A stretch of 64,000 bases of DNA. Origin: Nannocystis bainbridge. Its GTDB lineage: Bacteria; Myxococcota_A; Polyangia; Nannocystales; Nannocystaceae. Positions 50,661 through 60,778 of this stretch are shown piece after piece (position 1 is the first letter of the stretch; every line of letters begins with the position of its first letter). The notes beneath the pieces are model-generated. The model saw nothing but the letters and a program-made list of their open reading frames with translations, was not told where the DNA came from and did no database searches. The position numbers and the translations under genes are program-made. Where the stretch lies: the NCBI RefSeq assembly GCF_028368995.1, contig NZ_JAQNDL010000003.1, positions 1,184,001 through 1,248,000 on the forward strand, written 5' to 3'.

Positions 50661-51183
50661 AGGCCCGCCTTCTTGGGCGCGAAGCCGCCGGCCGCCAGAA
50701 ACACCGCTTCGTTCGCGTCTGGAGGGACCGCGAGCGAAATCGCGCGCATCGGCCGCCGCTTTCGGCGCAAGGTGCGTACTTTTTCCGGGGTCTTCCCCCG
50801 CCCCGACGACGAGGGCCGCGGCCCGCAGCCGCAGCCTTTTTACGGCCATCGCTGCGGCACTCGCGGGAGCCCGGGTCTCGCCTCCGTCGCACCCACTTCG
50901 AGCCGCTCGAGCAGCACGACGACTCGTCCTGGTCCGCGATACCCGTGACATGTCCCAAAGCGCATGTCATGCCAATCCATTTCTCAGGACCCCACCGCAC
51001 TGACGCCCTCACGGCGCGTCACCGAGGCGGGCCATCCGCGTGCCCACCGCGGGCGACGCGCCGATCAAACCGCGTCGCCATCGCCGTCTTGCAGCCCCCG
51101 GCCAGCGCCGAACTCCCGGACCTCGACCGACAGCTCGTGCCGCCGCCACCCCGCGGAACTACGAAAGCCGCTAGACTGCGGGC

Positions 51184-51423
51184 GTGTCGCCCGTGCATCC
51201 GACCCTCATCCCGCGACGGATCTGCGAGTTCGCGCGCGACGCCGCCGGCGAATGGATCGTCCACCTCGAATGTGGGCACCGTCGCCACGTCCGCCACCGC
51301 CCCCCGCTCTCCAACTATCCGTGGCTGGCCGACCCGGCGGAGCGAGCGGCCCGGATCGGCGCCGAGATCGAGTGTGAGCGCTGCGCTCGCGGCGAGCCGC
51401 CGGACGAGCCACCTCGCTCGTGA
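51184..51423 (+). CDS. DUF3565-like small protein
   Basis: WIVHLECGHRRHVRHRPP..PW..IG.EIECERC. Confidence 0.8.
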   Translation: MSPVHPTLIPRRICEFARDAAGEWIVHLECGHRRHVRHRPPLSNYPWLADPAERAARIGAEIECERCARGEPPDEPPRS

Positions 51424-51745
51424 AGCATGCCCGCCATTCGGCTCGCCGACGCTCGCAGCCGCGTCCCCGAACTCGATTTCGTCGTCCGCGTCGTCCAAGC
51501 GCGCATCGGCGACCTCATGTGCGGCGGCACGCCGGCCTCGACATGTCCCGAAGGACATGTCCATCCGCGGCTCCAGAGCGCCCCACCGACTCACGCCTGC
51601 CCGCCGCGCAGCGGGCTGAGCCGTGCAGGACGCCGTCCGCCCACTGCATCGAGCATACGCCCGCCCGTCATCACATTTGCATACCCGCGCCGGCGGGCCC
51701 GGTGATTTGACAGTTCGGACCGCCTCGGCAATGTTCCTTGGGGCC

Positions 51746-52504
51746 ATGCCCGAGCGCGCGCGGATCCTCGTGGTGGACGATGACCCCTGGCTGGTCAAGC
51801 TGATCTGCACCGCCCTCGGCCAGCGCTACGAGTGCATCGGCGCCGCTGACGGCATCGAGGGCCTCGCCAAGGCGCTGGTCCGGCCGCCCAAGCTCATCGT
51901 CTCCGACGTGATGATGCCGCGGATGAGCGGGTGGGAGCTGGTCAAGCAGGTGCGCAGTCACAGCCAGCTCGCGTTCGTGCCATTCATCTTCCTGACCGCG
52001 CTCGGCTCCGAAGACGACCGCCTGTACGGGTTTCGCCTCGGCGCCGACGAGTACCTGCCCAAGCCGATCGACATCGCCGAGCTCGGGCAGCGGGTCGACC
52101 ACGTGCTGCAGCGGCTGGCCCAGCTCGAGCAGGCCGCGCGCGACCGGGTCCGCAAGGCCCCGCCGAAGGGCGCCCCCGGGCTCCGCGGCGACCTCGATCA
52201 GCTCGGCCTCTCGTCGCTGCTGGTGATGCTGGAGATGGAGCGCAAGAGCGGCCTGCTGGGGGTCACGCGCGACGCCCCGGCGGAGCGGGTGCGCATCTAC
52301 CTCATCGAGGGCCGCATCGTCGCCGCCCAGGCCGACGACGGCCAGGCCCGCAACGCCGACGCCGTTTATCACGTGCTCGGGTGGAAGCACGGGCACTTCG
52401 AGTTCAACGCGTTCCTCGTCGAGATGCGCGACGAGGTCGAGATGTCGACGACCGGCCTGCTGCTCGAGGGGGCGCGCCGGATCGACGAGGCGGCGCGCGC
52501 ATGA
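51746..52504 (+). CDS. Response regulator with a DUF4388 (PatA-like) domain
   Basis: VVDDD, SDVMMP, YLPKP; LRGDL..L..LEMERKSG..W..G.FEF. Confidence 0.9.
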   Translation: MPERARILVVDDDPWLVKLICTALGQRYECIGAADGIEGLAKALVRPPKLIVSDVMMPRMSGWELVKQVRSHSQLAFVPFIFLTALGSEDDRLYGFRLGADEYLPKPIDIAELGQRVDHVLQRLAQLEQAARDRVRKAPPKGAPGLRGDLDQLGLSSLLVMLEMERKSGLLGVTRDAPAERVRIYLIEGRIVAAQADDGQARNADAVYHVLGWKHGHFEFNAFLVEMRDEVEMSTTGLLLEGARRIDEAARA

Positions 52505-52899
52505 GCGCCCCGGAGATCCGCAAGGTCCTGCTGGTCGACGACGAGCCGGACATCCGGCGGATCGGCCAACTCAGCCTCGAGCGAGTCGGGCGCTGGCAGG
52601 TCGTGCTCGCGTCCAGCGGCGCCGAGGCGCTGACCCTCGCCGCCAGCGAGCGCCCCGACGTCATCCTGCTCGACGTGATGATGCCGGTCGACGATGGCCC
52701 GACCACCCTCGCGCGCCTGCGCCAGCAGCCGAGCACCGCCGACATCCCGGTGGTCTTCATGACCGCCAAGGTGCTCGCGCCCGAGGCCCGGCGCTGGCGC
52801 GAGCTCGGCGCGGCCGGCACGATCCCCAAACCGTTCGACCCGATGACGCTGCCCGACGACATCCGCCGCGTGCTCGCGGCCGCGGAGGAGGGCCCGTGA
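52501..52899 (+). CDS. Single-domain response regulator
   Basis: LVDDE, LLDVMMP, FMTA, KPFDP. Confidence 0.9.
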   Translation: MSAPEIRKVLLVDDEPDIRRIGQLSLERVGRWQVVLASSGAEALTLAASERPDVILLDVMMPVDDGPTTLARLRQQPSTADIPVVFMTAKVLAPEARRWRELGAAGTIPKPFDPMTLPDDIRRVLAAAEEGP

Positions 52900-54497
52900 T
52901 CGTCGCTCCGCCGCACCCGCGCGAGGAGGCGCGCCTGCACGCGCTCGCGGATGCGCAGCTGCTCGACACCCCGCCCGAGGCCATGTTCGACGACGTCGTC
53001 CGCCTCGCCTCGTACATCTGCGAGGTCCCGATCGCCCTCATCTCGCTCGTCGACCGCGACCGCCAGTGGTTCAAGGCCCGCGTCGGCATCGACGCCGACG
53101 AGAGCTCGCGCGACGTCGCCTTCTGCGCCCACGCGATCCTCGACGACTCCGGCATGATGCAGGTCGAGGACGCGCGCGACGACCCGCGCTTCGCCGACAA
53201 CCCGTTCGTCACCGGCGAGCCGTGGGTGCGCTTCTACGCCGGCGTACCGCTGACGATCGGCGACGACGACCTGCCGATCGGCACGCTGTGCGCGATCGAT
53301 CGCAAGCCGCGGCGGCTGACCCCCGAGCAGACCGAGGCGATGCACGCGCTCGCGCGCCAGGTCGTGCGCAACCTCGAGATCGGCAAGGCGGCGCGGCGCA
53401 CGGTCGCGCTCAACGACGAGCTGCAGCGCGCCGCGACGGCCCAGCAGGCCAGCGAGGCCCGGCTGCGCGCGCTCGTGGTCGCCAACCCCGACGGCATGCT
53501 CCGCGTCGCCCGCGACGGCACCGTGCTCGACCGCAAGGTCGCGCGCGACCGGGCCATCATGCCCGACCCCCAGCACATGCTCGGCCGCCACGTCGCCGAC
53601 TGCCTGCCGCCCCGGCTCGCGCGCCTGTTCGTGCAGCAGCTCGAGCGCACGCTCGCCAGCGGCGCGGTGCATACCCTGGAGATCCAGGAGCTGGTCGACG
53701 GCCAGCCGTGCGACAAGGAGCTGCGGTTCGTCGCCAGCGGCCCCGACGAGGCGCTGGCGCTGATCCGCGACGTCACCGAGCGCAAGCTCGGCGAGCGGGC
53801 CAAGGACGCGTTCATCGCCACCGTCTCGCACGAGCTGCGCACCCCGGTGACTTCGATCCGCGGCTCGCTCAGCCTGCTCGAGCACGGCATGGTCGGCCCG
53901 CTGCCGGAGGAGGCGCTCGAGATGGTACGGATCTCCCGCACCAACACCGAGCGGCTGCTGCTGGTCATCAACGACATCCTCGACCTCGAGAAGCTGTCCG
54001 CCGGGCAGCTCGACCTGTCGCTGCGGCCGGTCGAGCCGGCGCGGGTGATGAAGACCGCCGCCGAGTCGATCCGCGGCATGGCGGCCCAGGCCGGCGTCGA
54101 GGTCGTCGTCGGCGACTGCGCCGGCGCCCCGGTGCTCGCCGACGAGGCCCGGGTGATCCAGGTGCTCAACAACCTGCTCTCGAACGCGATCAAGTTCTCG
54201 CCCCGCGGCGCCCGCGTCGACCTGTCCGCAGAGCCAGGTGCGTGCGGCCGCCTCCGCCTGTGCGTCACCGACCGCGGCCCCGGCATCGCCCCCGAGCACC
54301 ACGCCCGCGTGTTCGAGCGCTTCCACCAGGTCGACGCCTCCGACAGCCGCGAGCGCGGCGGCACCGGCCTCGGCCTGGCGATCGTCAAGAGCATCGTCGA
54401 GGAGCACGGCGGCGTCGTCGGCCTCGACAGCGCGCCCGGGCGCGGCAGCAAGTTCTGGTTCGAGCTGCCGTGCGCCGGCGCAGCGGTGAAGCCGTGA
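52896..54497 (+). CDS. GAF-PAS sensor histidine kinase
   Basis: GAF (FCAHAI..RFYAGVPL), SHELRTP, NLLSNAIKF, DRGPGI, GGTGLGL. Confidence 0.95.
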   Translation: MIVAPPHPREEARLHALADAQLLDTPPEAMFDDVVRLASYICEVPIALISLVDRDRQWFKARVGIDADESSRDVAFCAHAILDDSGMMQVEDARDDPRFADNPFVTGEPWVRFYAGVPLTIGDDDLPIGTLCAIDRKPRRLTPEQTEAMHALARQVVRNLEIGKAARRTVALNDELQRAATAQQASEARLRALVVANPDGMLRVARDGTVLDRKVARDRAIMPDPQHMLGRHVADCLPPRLARLFVQQLERTLASGAVHTLEIQELVDGQPCDKELRFVASGPDEALALIRDVTERKLGERAKDAFIATVSHELRTPVTSIRGSLSLLEHGMVGPLPEEALEMVRISRTNTERLLLVINDILDLEKLSAGQLDLSLRPVEPARVMKTAAESIRGMAAQAGVEVVVGDCAGAPVLADEARVIQVLNNLLSNAIKFSPRGARVDLSAEPGACGRLRLCVTDRGPGIAPEHHARVFERFHQVDASDSRERGGTGLGLAIVKSIVEEHGGVVGLDSAPGRGSKFWFELPCAGAAVKP

Positions 54498-55366
54498 AGG
54501 TCGGCGTCCGCGGCCACGCGCCCGCGTCCGCGTGGCCGCTGCTGTGGGCCCGCGGCTTCGAGCTCGGCGAGCCTGCGGAGGTGCTGCTGTGCGACGCGGC
54601 CGACGACCCTCGCGCCGGCGATCCGCCGCGCGTGGTGTGGACCGCCGGACCGCTGGTCGCGCGCGCGCCGATGGCCGCGATCGTGCGCACGCCGGGCCTC
54701 GCCGCGCCGCCGCCCGAGCCCGAGCCGGCCGCCGATGCCAGCGTGGCCGACATGCTGGCCGCCATGCGCCGCGACTACGCGGGCCAGCTCCCGGGCTCGC
54801 TCGCCGCCCTGGCCCAGGTCGTCACCGCCGCCCAGCAGGGCACGGCTGCGATCGCCGACGCGCGCATGCTCGCCCACCGGCTCCGCGGCACCGCGGCCAC
54901 CTACGGCCACCCCGCGTTCGGCCAGCTCGCCGGTGACCTCGAGGACCGCCTCGCCGCCGGCGACCTCTCGCCCGCCCCGCTCGGCGCCCTGCTCGTGGCC
55001 ATGGCCGAGCCGGTGGTCGCCGCCCTGGCCCCGGCTTCGCAGGGCTCGCCGCTCGTGGTCGTCGGCCCCGCGCCTGCCGATCTGCCGGGCCCGTCGATCG
55101 CCGCGCCCGACCTCACCGCCGCCGCCCAGGCGATCGCCGCCGGCACCGCCCACGCGCTGTGGCTCTCCGCCGGCACACACGACAATGACTATTCGGACAT
55201 GTCCCAAGAGTCACTCTCAAAAATTCTCACCACCCTCGCCGCCGATCCTGCCCTCCAACAAATCCCACTAGCGATCGGGCGACCGGGCGGCGCCGCCGCG
55301 AGCGTCGCGCTCGCTTGCCTGCTGTCGGGCGCGTGGGGCCGCCTCGCGCCTGGCTTCCCCGCCTGA
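54494..55366 (+). CDS. Hpt-domain protein
   Basis: LAHRLRGTAATYG; GTGA overlap with the kinase. Confidence 0.8.
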   Translation: MKVGVRGHAPASAWPLLWARGFELGEPAEVLLCDAADDPRAGDPPRVVWTAGPLVARAPMAAIVRTPGLAAPPPEPEPAADASVADMLAAMRRDYAGQLPGSLAALAQVVTAAQQGTAAIADARMLAHRLRGTAATYGHPAFGQLAGDLEDRLAAGDLSPAPLGALLVAMAEPVVAALAPASQGSPLVVVGPAPADLPGPSIAAPDLTAAAQAIAAGTAHALWLSAGTHDNDYSDMSQESLSKILTTLAADPALQQIPLAIGRPGGAAASVALACLLSGAWGRLAPGFPA

Positions 55367-55375
55367 CGGTCCCCC

Positions 55376-56113
55376 ATGCCGAACGGATTCCACAACGACC
55401 CCGCGATCGACCTGATCTTCCACCGGCACACCGAGCACGGTCACTATCAGTTTCACACCCACCGCAGCGCCGCCGGCCTGGTCTCGGTCCACCTCGAGCA
55501 CGACCGCGGCTACGCCTACGAGCCGCGGTGGGACAGCCTCGATCTCGGCCCGTGGGTGCGGGGCCGACGGCCGCGACCGACCCGCGCGCAGATGGAGGAG
55601 CTGACCGCCGACCTCGTCCACCGCCTGGTCGCTTTGCAAGCCTCGAACCCGCGCTCCCGGGTCCGGGCCGACCGCGCCTCCGCGCTGCTCCTGCTCGACG
55701 GCTGGTGCATCCTGCTCGGCGGCTATCACACCTACCTGCGCCGGCCCGGCCAGCCGCTGACGCGGGTCGTGCCGCCGGTCGGCAGCCGCTGCGACGACAC
55801 CATGCGCCAGACCATCGCCGCCGCCCCGCAGTTCGAGGACATCGCCCGCGACACCCACGTGATGGCCGATCAGGGCCTCATGTTCCACGGCCCGGGCGAA
55901 TGCGTCTACGACCTCAGCGGCTTCGACGAATTGCTGGCCACCACCGTCCCGCTGCACGACCGGCCCGAATGGCCCGACATCGCCGGCGCCCCGCTCGATT
56001 CACTGGACTCGACCGGCCGCCTGGTCCTGGCCATGCGCGCCGAGGCGATCGCCCACGGCAGCGATCACCTGGCCGTCCGCTGGCGCGCGCCCGCCCTGCC
56101 GACCGCGCCGTGA
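55376..56113 (+). CDS. Hypothetical protein
   Basis: Strong coding bias; lies 9 nt after the previous stop. Confidence 0.7.
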   Translation: MPNGFHNDPAIDLIFHRHTEHGHYQFHTHRSAAGLVSVHLEHDRGYAYEPRWDSLDLGPWVRGRRPRPTRAQMEELTADLVHRLVALQASNPRSRVRADRASALLLLDGWCILLGGYHTYLRRPGQPLTRVVPPVGSRCDDTMRQTIAAAPQFEDIARDTHVMADQGLMFHGPGECVYDLSGFDELLATTVPLHDRPEWPDIAGAPLDSLDSTGRLVLAMRAEAIAHGSDHLAVRWRAPALPTAP

Positions 56114-56117
56114 CCTC

Positions 56118-57188
56118 TCACTTCGCGCCGCTGCGGACCCACTCGATCACCGTGCACAGCTGCGCCTCGGTGAGCACCTTGCCGATCGGCATCGGATTGC
56201 CGCCGCCGCCGACCACGCTGGTCTGCTGATTCAGCAACTTGAAGAGCAGATAGCTCTGGTCGACGTCGCCGGCGGTGACGATGTCGATGTTCGCCATCAG
56301 CGACGGCACCCCCACCATGCTGTCGCGGAAGCTGCTTGCGTCCTTGAAGATCAGCGGCGTGCCGACCCCCTTGCCGTGGCAGTTGCATGTCCCGACCACC
56401 GCCTGCCACGCCTGCGCCGCGCTGACCGCCGCCGGCGCGCAGTCCGGCGGCATCAGCGGCAGCGGCGACACGCAGTGCTGCTGCTTGCACACCGAACCAT
56501 CGCAGTCCTGGTTGCCGAAGCACTGGCCGCCGAGCGAACACTGCACGCAATTGGGCCCGCCGCAGTCGACGTCCGACTCGTACCCGTTGGCGGCCCCGTC
56601 CGAGCAGCTCGGCGGCACGCAGGTGCTCGTGCACAGGTCGTTGTCGTCCTCGTCGCCGTCGTCGCACTGCTCGACCCCCGCCTGGATCACGCCGTCGCCG
56701 CAGCGCGCCTCCTCGCAGGTCCCCAGGCACGCGTCCTCGTCGCTGTCGTTGCCGTCGTCGCAGGCCTCGCCCGGCTCGACGAAGCCGTTGCCGCAGCCGC
56801 CCGGGACGCAGTCGTTGGGGCAGTCGTCCGACTCGATGAGGTTGGCGTCGTCGCACACCTCGACCCCCGCGTACACCAGGCCGTCGCCGCAGCGGGCGAA
56901 CTGACACGCCAGCGTGCACGGCCCGTCGTTGGCGTTGAGCGCCCCGAAATCACAGCCCTCGGGCGACTGAACGATCCCGTCGCCGCACGTCTCGGGCGGC
57001 TCCCCGGTCGCCGCCGCGGTGGTCACCGGCGCCTCCGTGCTCGTCGCCGGCGCCTCGGTGCTCGTCACCGGCTCGCCGATCCCCGTCGTCACCCCCGCCC
57101 CGGTCGTGGCGAGCCCGTCCGTCGCCGCGCCCTCGTCGATGCTGCAGGCGACCGTGGCGAGGCAGAGCGTGAGGACCAGCGTTCGCAT
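56118..57188 (-). CDS. Lipoprotein with myxobacterial Cys-rich (DUF4215-like) repeats and a C-terminal cytochrome c-like domain
   Basis: Lipobox TVAC; CGDG..E.CDDG repeats; CNCH..SYLLFKL..PMP..LT..EWVRSGA. Confidence 0.85.
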   Translation of the reverse strand: MRTLVLTLCLATVACSIDEGAATDGLATTGAGVTTGIGEPVTSTEAPATSTEAPVTTAAATGEPPETCGDGIVQSPEGCDFGALNANDGPCTLACQFARCGDGLVYAGVEVCDDANLIESDDCPNDCVPGGCGNGFVEPGEACDDGNDSDEDACLGTCEEARCGDGVIQAGVEQCDDGDEDDNDLCTSTCVPPSCSDGAANGYESDVDCGGPNCVQCSLGGQCFGNQDCDGSVCKQQHCVSPLPLMPPDCAPAAVSAAQAWQAVVGTCNCHGKGVGTPLIFKDASSFRDSMVGVPSLMANIDIVTAGDVDQSYLLFKLLNQQTSVVGGGGNPMPIGKVLTEAQLCTVIEWVRSGAK

Positions 57189-57453
57189 GCGCAGCCCGAG
57201 AGTGCCGACCGGCCCGCCGTCCGCCAAGCCACATACGCCACGCGCGTCCGTTGCGCCGCGTCGCGTGCGCACGCCGCCTGCGCGCCCGCGGGCGAGGCTG
57301 ACCTCCGCCATGGCCCTCGAGGGCGAGCCCCGAGGTCTCGCGCCGACACCTGTCATCCTCGACACACGGAGAGGCCCGGTCCCGGCGATCTCCGAACCTC
57401 AGGGCGTCAACCTTCGCGGACCCGCGCTCGCCGGGCGCCCCCGCTCATCCGGA

Positions 57454-57495
57454 TGTTCCTTAAAACATGTCCTTAAAGACATGTACATTCGACCA
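57454..57495. repeat. Chain of three 14-bp dyads between divergent genes
   Basis: tgttc-ctta-aaaca / tgtcc-ttaa-agaca / tgtac-attc-gacca. Confidence 0.8.
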
Positions 57496-57586
57496 TCCTC
57501 AGGCTGCGCGAAGATCGCAGCGACGCCCCGGTCGCGGGCGCTTGCCCGCGCGCGCCCGCCGGGTAACCCTCTGCCGCGAGAGACCC

Positions 57587-58087
57587 ATGCCCAAGCACCG
57601 CGCGCTCCTCGTCCTCGCCGGCCACCTCCTCGCCCCCGGCTGCCTGCTCGGCACCAACACCAGCGACGGCGACGCCGACGGCACCAGCACCACGACCACC
57701 ACCGGCACCACGACGACGACCACGTCGACCACTACCGGTACCACCACCGACAGCACGGACGCGACCGCGACCACCGCCCCGACCACCACCTCTGCCACGA
57801 CGACCTCGACCACCACCTCTGCCACGACGACGACCACCACCAGCCCCGGCAATTTCGGCCAGTGCGGCTGGGACCCCAACAACGGCTATTACGGCTGCGG
57901 CTTCCAGGGCGTCGACCCGGATGGCGACCACCCGCTCACCTGCCCCGAGACCCTGCCCGCCACCGGCGCCCCGTGCGACGGCGACTCCCCGATCAGCAAC
58001 ATCGGCTGCTGCCTCCCCGACGGCACCAACTACTACTGCTCGTCCGAAAGCGGCGGCATGATCGTCGTCGAAGCCTGCGGCCCGTGA
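57587..58087 (+). CDS. Thr-rich lipoprotein with a Cys-rich C-terminus
   Basis: Lipobox APGC, poly-Thr stalk, CGWD..YYGC domain. Confidence 0.85.
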   Translation: MPKHRALLVLAGHLLAPGCLLGTNTSDGDADGTSTTTTTGTTTTTTSTTTGTTTDSTDATATTAPTTTSATTTSTTTSATTTTTTSPGNFGQCGWDPNNGYYGCGFQGVDPDGDHPLTCPETLPATGAPCDGDSPISNIGCCLPDGTNYYCSSESGGMIVVEACGP

Positions 58088-58145
58088 GCCCTGGCTCTGA
58101 CCCGAGTCCGGAGCACCGCTCGATCGGCCACGCTCGACGTGGGTA

Positions 58146-58748
58146 TCAATCCGGATCGCCCCCATTTAAAGAACGGCGGCCGATCGCAAACGCGAATTCA
58201 TCCGGGCTCGTATTGCTCGCGTTGCCGAGGACCACGATCGTCAGCTCGCGCTCGTGGTAGCGGATCAGCATCGTCTGCGCCCCCATGATCTGCCCGGGGC
58301 GGCGGAACACCCGGACCTTCTGCCCGCCCGCCGCCACCTAGGTCCCGATCGTCGCCTCGAGGTCGAGCTTGCCCTGATCGCGCAGCTGAAGGATCAGCGC
58401 CGCCGTGAACAGCTTGGTGATCGACGCGATCTTGTATTTCGTGTCGTCGCCGTGCGGCACCGCGAACTGGCGATTGGCCAGCCCGTAGCTGCGGCGATGG
58501 ACCACGGCTCCCGCTTGCTGGACCGCCACCGTGCCGTGGAACTCGTGCTCGCGCGCGTACGCGTCGATGAAACCGGCCAGCGTGTCCTGCTCGGCCGGCG
58601 CCACCTCCCGAACCGGCGCCTGTAGATGCGCGGTCTCCTGGCGAGCCGCCTCGCCCGCCGGAGCGTCGCAACCGATCAGCAGCGCGCCGATCGCCAGCAA
58701 CCTGCCGAGACTCGACCTGCGCAGACCCTCGCCCGGTGCGATCGCCAT
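58146..58748 (-). pseudogene. Serine hydrolase (beta-lactamase class C-like) with an internal deletion and stop
   Basis: IASITK (SxxK), GKLDL, then TAG at 58338-58340 followed directly by the C-terminal LTIVVLGN segment. Confidence 0.85.
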
Positions 58749-58872
58749 CTTCTCCGAACCAACCTCTCGCCGCGGGGACCCTGTGCGCGCGCGGCCCGAA
58801 GCCTCGCCGCCGCCGCATGGTGAAATGCGTGCTGCGGCCCCGTCAAGCCGCTCGCAGCCCGCCGGCCCGCGG

Positions 58873-59826
58873 TCACCCGACCTCGCTCGCGGCCCCCTCG
58901 GCGCGCGCCCGCTGGCGAAACGCCCGCGGCGACTCGCCCTCCTCGCGGCGGAACGCCGTGCTGAACGCGCTCTCCGACGCATAGCCCAGCGCGAACGCCA
59001 GCTCGCCCACTGCACGATCGCCGGTGCGCAGCGCGTCGCGGGCCAGCTGCATGCGCCACGCGATCGCGTACTCGAGCGGCGGCTTCCCGACCAGTCGCGT
59101 GAACCGCAGCGCGAACGCCGAGCGCGACATCCCGACCGCCTGCGCCAGCGCGTCCAGCGTCCAGCGCGTGCGCACATCGGCGTGGATCTGCCGCAGCGCC
59201 GCCCCGATCTGCGGATCGCTCAGCGCGCGCAGCCAGCTCGCGCGGCGCCGCATGTCGGCCGCCCCCAGCTGGCGCATCGCCTGCACGAGGATCACCTGCG
59301 CCAGCCGGTCCAGCACCAGCGCGCGCCCCGGCGAGCGCTCGCCCACCTCGCGCGCCAGCAGCCCCGTCAGCTCGCGCAGCGCCCCCGCCTCGCTCGCCGG
59401 CACCCGCATCATCCGCGGCAGCGCGGCCACCAGCAGGTGGGCGTTGCTCGGGTCGAACGCGAAGTGCCCACCCACGATATGCGAAGTCAACGCTGCCGGC
59501 GGCGCCCCGAGGCGGACCCTCCCGTCGACCGCCGCCGCGAACAGCGGTCCGGCCGCGCGCTGCGGGGCCGTCAGCGCGCTCGCCATCACGTACGCCGGCG
59601 GATCGCTCAGCATGAAGAAATCGCCGGCCTCGCAGCGGAGCGGGCGACGGCGGCCCGTCAGCGCGATCAGGCAGCGGCCCGCGACGACCGTGCCGAACTT
59701 CACGTGCGGGTACGCCTCCAGGCGGATCGCCCACGGCCCGCGCGCCTCGAGGCTCGCCGACACCACCGCGCGCGGGCGCAGCAGCGCGACGATGTCCGCC
59801 AGTGGGTCGCCGTGTTCCTCGCTCAT
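58873..59826 (-). CDS. AraC-family regulator (cupin plus HTH)
   Basis: WTLDALAQAVGMSRSAFA, GYASESAFSTAF. Confidence 0.92.
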   Translation of the reverse strand: MSEEHGDPLADIVALLRPRAVVSASLEARGPWAIRLEAYPHVKFGTVVAGRCLIALTGRRRPLRCEAGDFFMLSDPPAYVMASALTAPQRAAGPLFAAAVDGRVRLGAPPAALTSHIVGGHFAFDPSNAHLLVAALPRMMRVPASEAGALRELTGLLAREVGERSPGRALVLDRLAQVILVQAMRQLGAADMRRRASWLRALSDPQIGAALRQIHADVRTRWTLDALAQAVGMSRSAFALRFTRLVGKPPLEYAIAWRMQLARDALRTGDRAVGELAFALGYASESAFSTAFRREEGESPRAFRQRARAEGAASEVG

Positions 59827-59895
59827 GGACGCCGCATAAACTAATCGAGACGAAACATCATGGCCAGTCCCGCCGCGCCGACGTACACCGAGGGC

Positions 59896-60621
59896 ATGAC
59901 GAACGACAGGAAGCACGCAGTGGTCACGGGCGCCAACAAGGGCATCGGCCTGGCGGTGGCGCGGCAGCTGGCCGGGCTCGGCTACACGACCTGGCTCGGC
60001 AGCCGCGCCGAGGCGCGCGGGCGGGCCGCGGTCGCCGAGCTGGCCGGGCACGGGGACGTGCGCTGGTTGCCGCTCGACGTCACCGACGACGCCAACGTCG
60101 CCGCCGCGGCCGCGCTCGTCGGCGCTGCCACCGGGCGGCTCGACCTCCTCATCAACAACGCCGCCATCGGCATCAAGGACGGCGAGGGCCCGCCGACGCT
60201 GATCCGCCTCGAGGTCCTGCGCGCCACCTACGAAGTCAACCTGTTCGGCCCGCTCCGGGTCACTCGCGCCTTCTTGCCGCTGCTGCGCGCCGCCCCGGCC
60301 GCGCAGATCGTCATGGTCGGCAGCGGCCTCGGCTCGCTCGCCCTCCAGTCGGACCCCGCGAGCGGCCTCTCGCGCTGGCCGGTGTTCGGCTACAACTCCT
60401 CCAAGACCGCCCTCAACGCGCTCACCGTGGCCCTCGCCAACGAGCTGCGCCCCGAGGGCATCGCCGTGCGCGTCGTCAACCCCGGCTTCATCGCCACCGA
60501 CCTCAATGACCACAGCGGCACCGGCACCCCCGACGAGGGCGCCCGCATGGTGCTCAAGGCGACGACGACGCAGGCGCCGAGCGGCAGCTTCGTCGACGGC
60601 GACGGCACCCTCCCCTGGTGA
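59896..60621 (+). CDS. Short-chain dehydrogenase/reductase
   Basis: TGANKGIG, INNAA, YNSSK, NPGFIATD. Confidence 0.93.
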   Translation: MTNDRKHAVVTGANKGIGLAVARQLAGLGYTTWLGSRAEARGRAAVAELAGHGDVRWLPLDVTDDANVAAAAALVGAATGRLDLLINNAAIGIKDGEGPPTLIRLEVLRATYEVNLFGPLRVTRAFLPLLRAAPAAQIVMVGSGLGSLALQSDPASGLSRWPVFGYNSSKTALNALTVALANELRPEGIAVRVVNPGFIATDLNDHSGTGTPDEGARMVLKATTTQAPSGSFVDGDGTLPW

Positions 60622-60712
60622 GCGCGCGCCCCGCTCGGGCCCGTGCGGTGGGTCATGGCCCCGCCGCGGGCCCCTCGCCGCCAACACCGGCGTACAAAAA
60701 AATCCGCGCCCG

Positions 60713-60740
60713 TGTCACAACCGTCGGGCCCTGTCTCGTC
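60713..60740 (+). promoter_or_regulatory. ECF41-type promoter TGTCACA-N17-CGTC
   Basis: Close to the ECF41 consensus; upstream A-tract; precedes a CMD plus ECF41 operon. Confidence 0.75.
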
Positions 60741-60778
60741 TTGTCCTCGAGCGTGCAGAAGCCACGCAGGAGACGAAC

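Noticed and set aside
51540-51562. GGACATGTCC matches the eukaryotic p53 half-site
   Set aside because: It is a by-product of joined dyads in a bacterial genome; nothing here suggests a p53-like protein.
51707-51735. Sigma70 promoter suggested by TTGACA
   Set aside because: No convincing -10 element at a suitable spacing.
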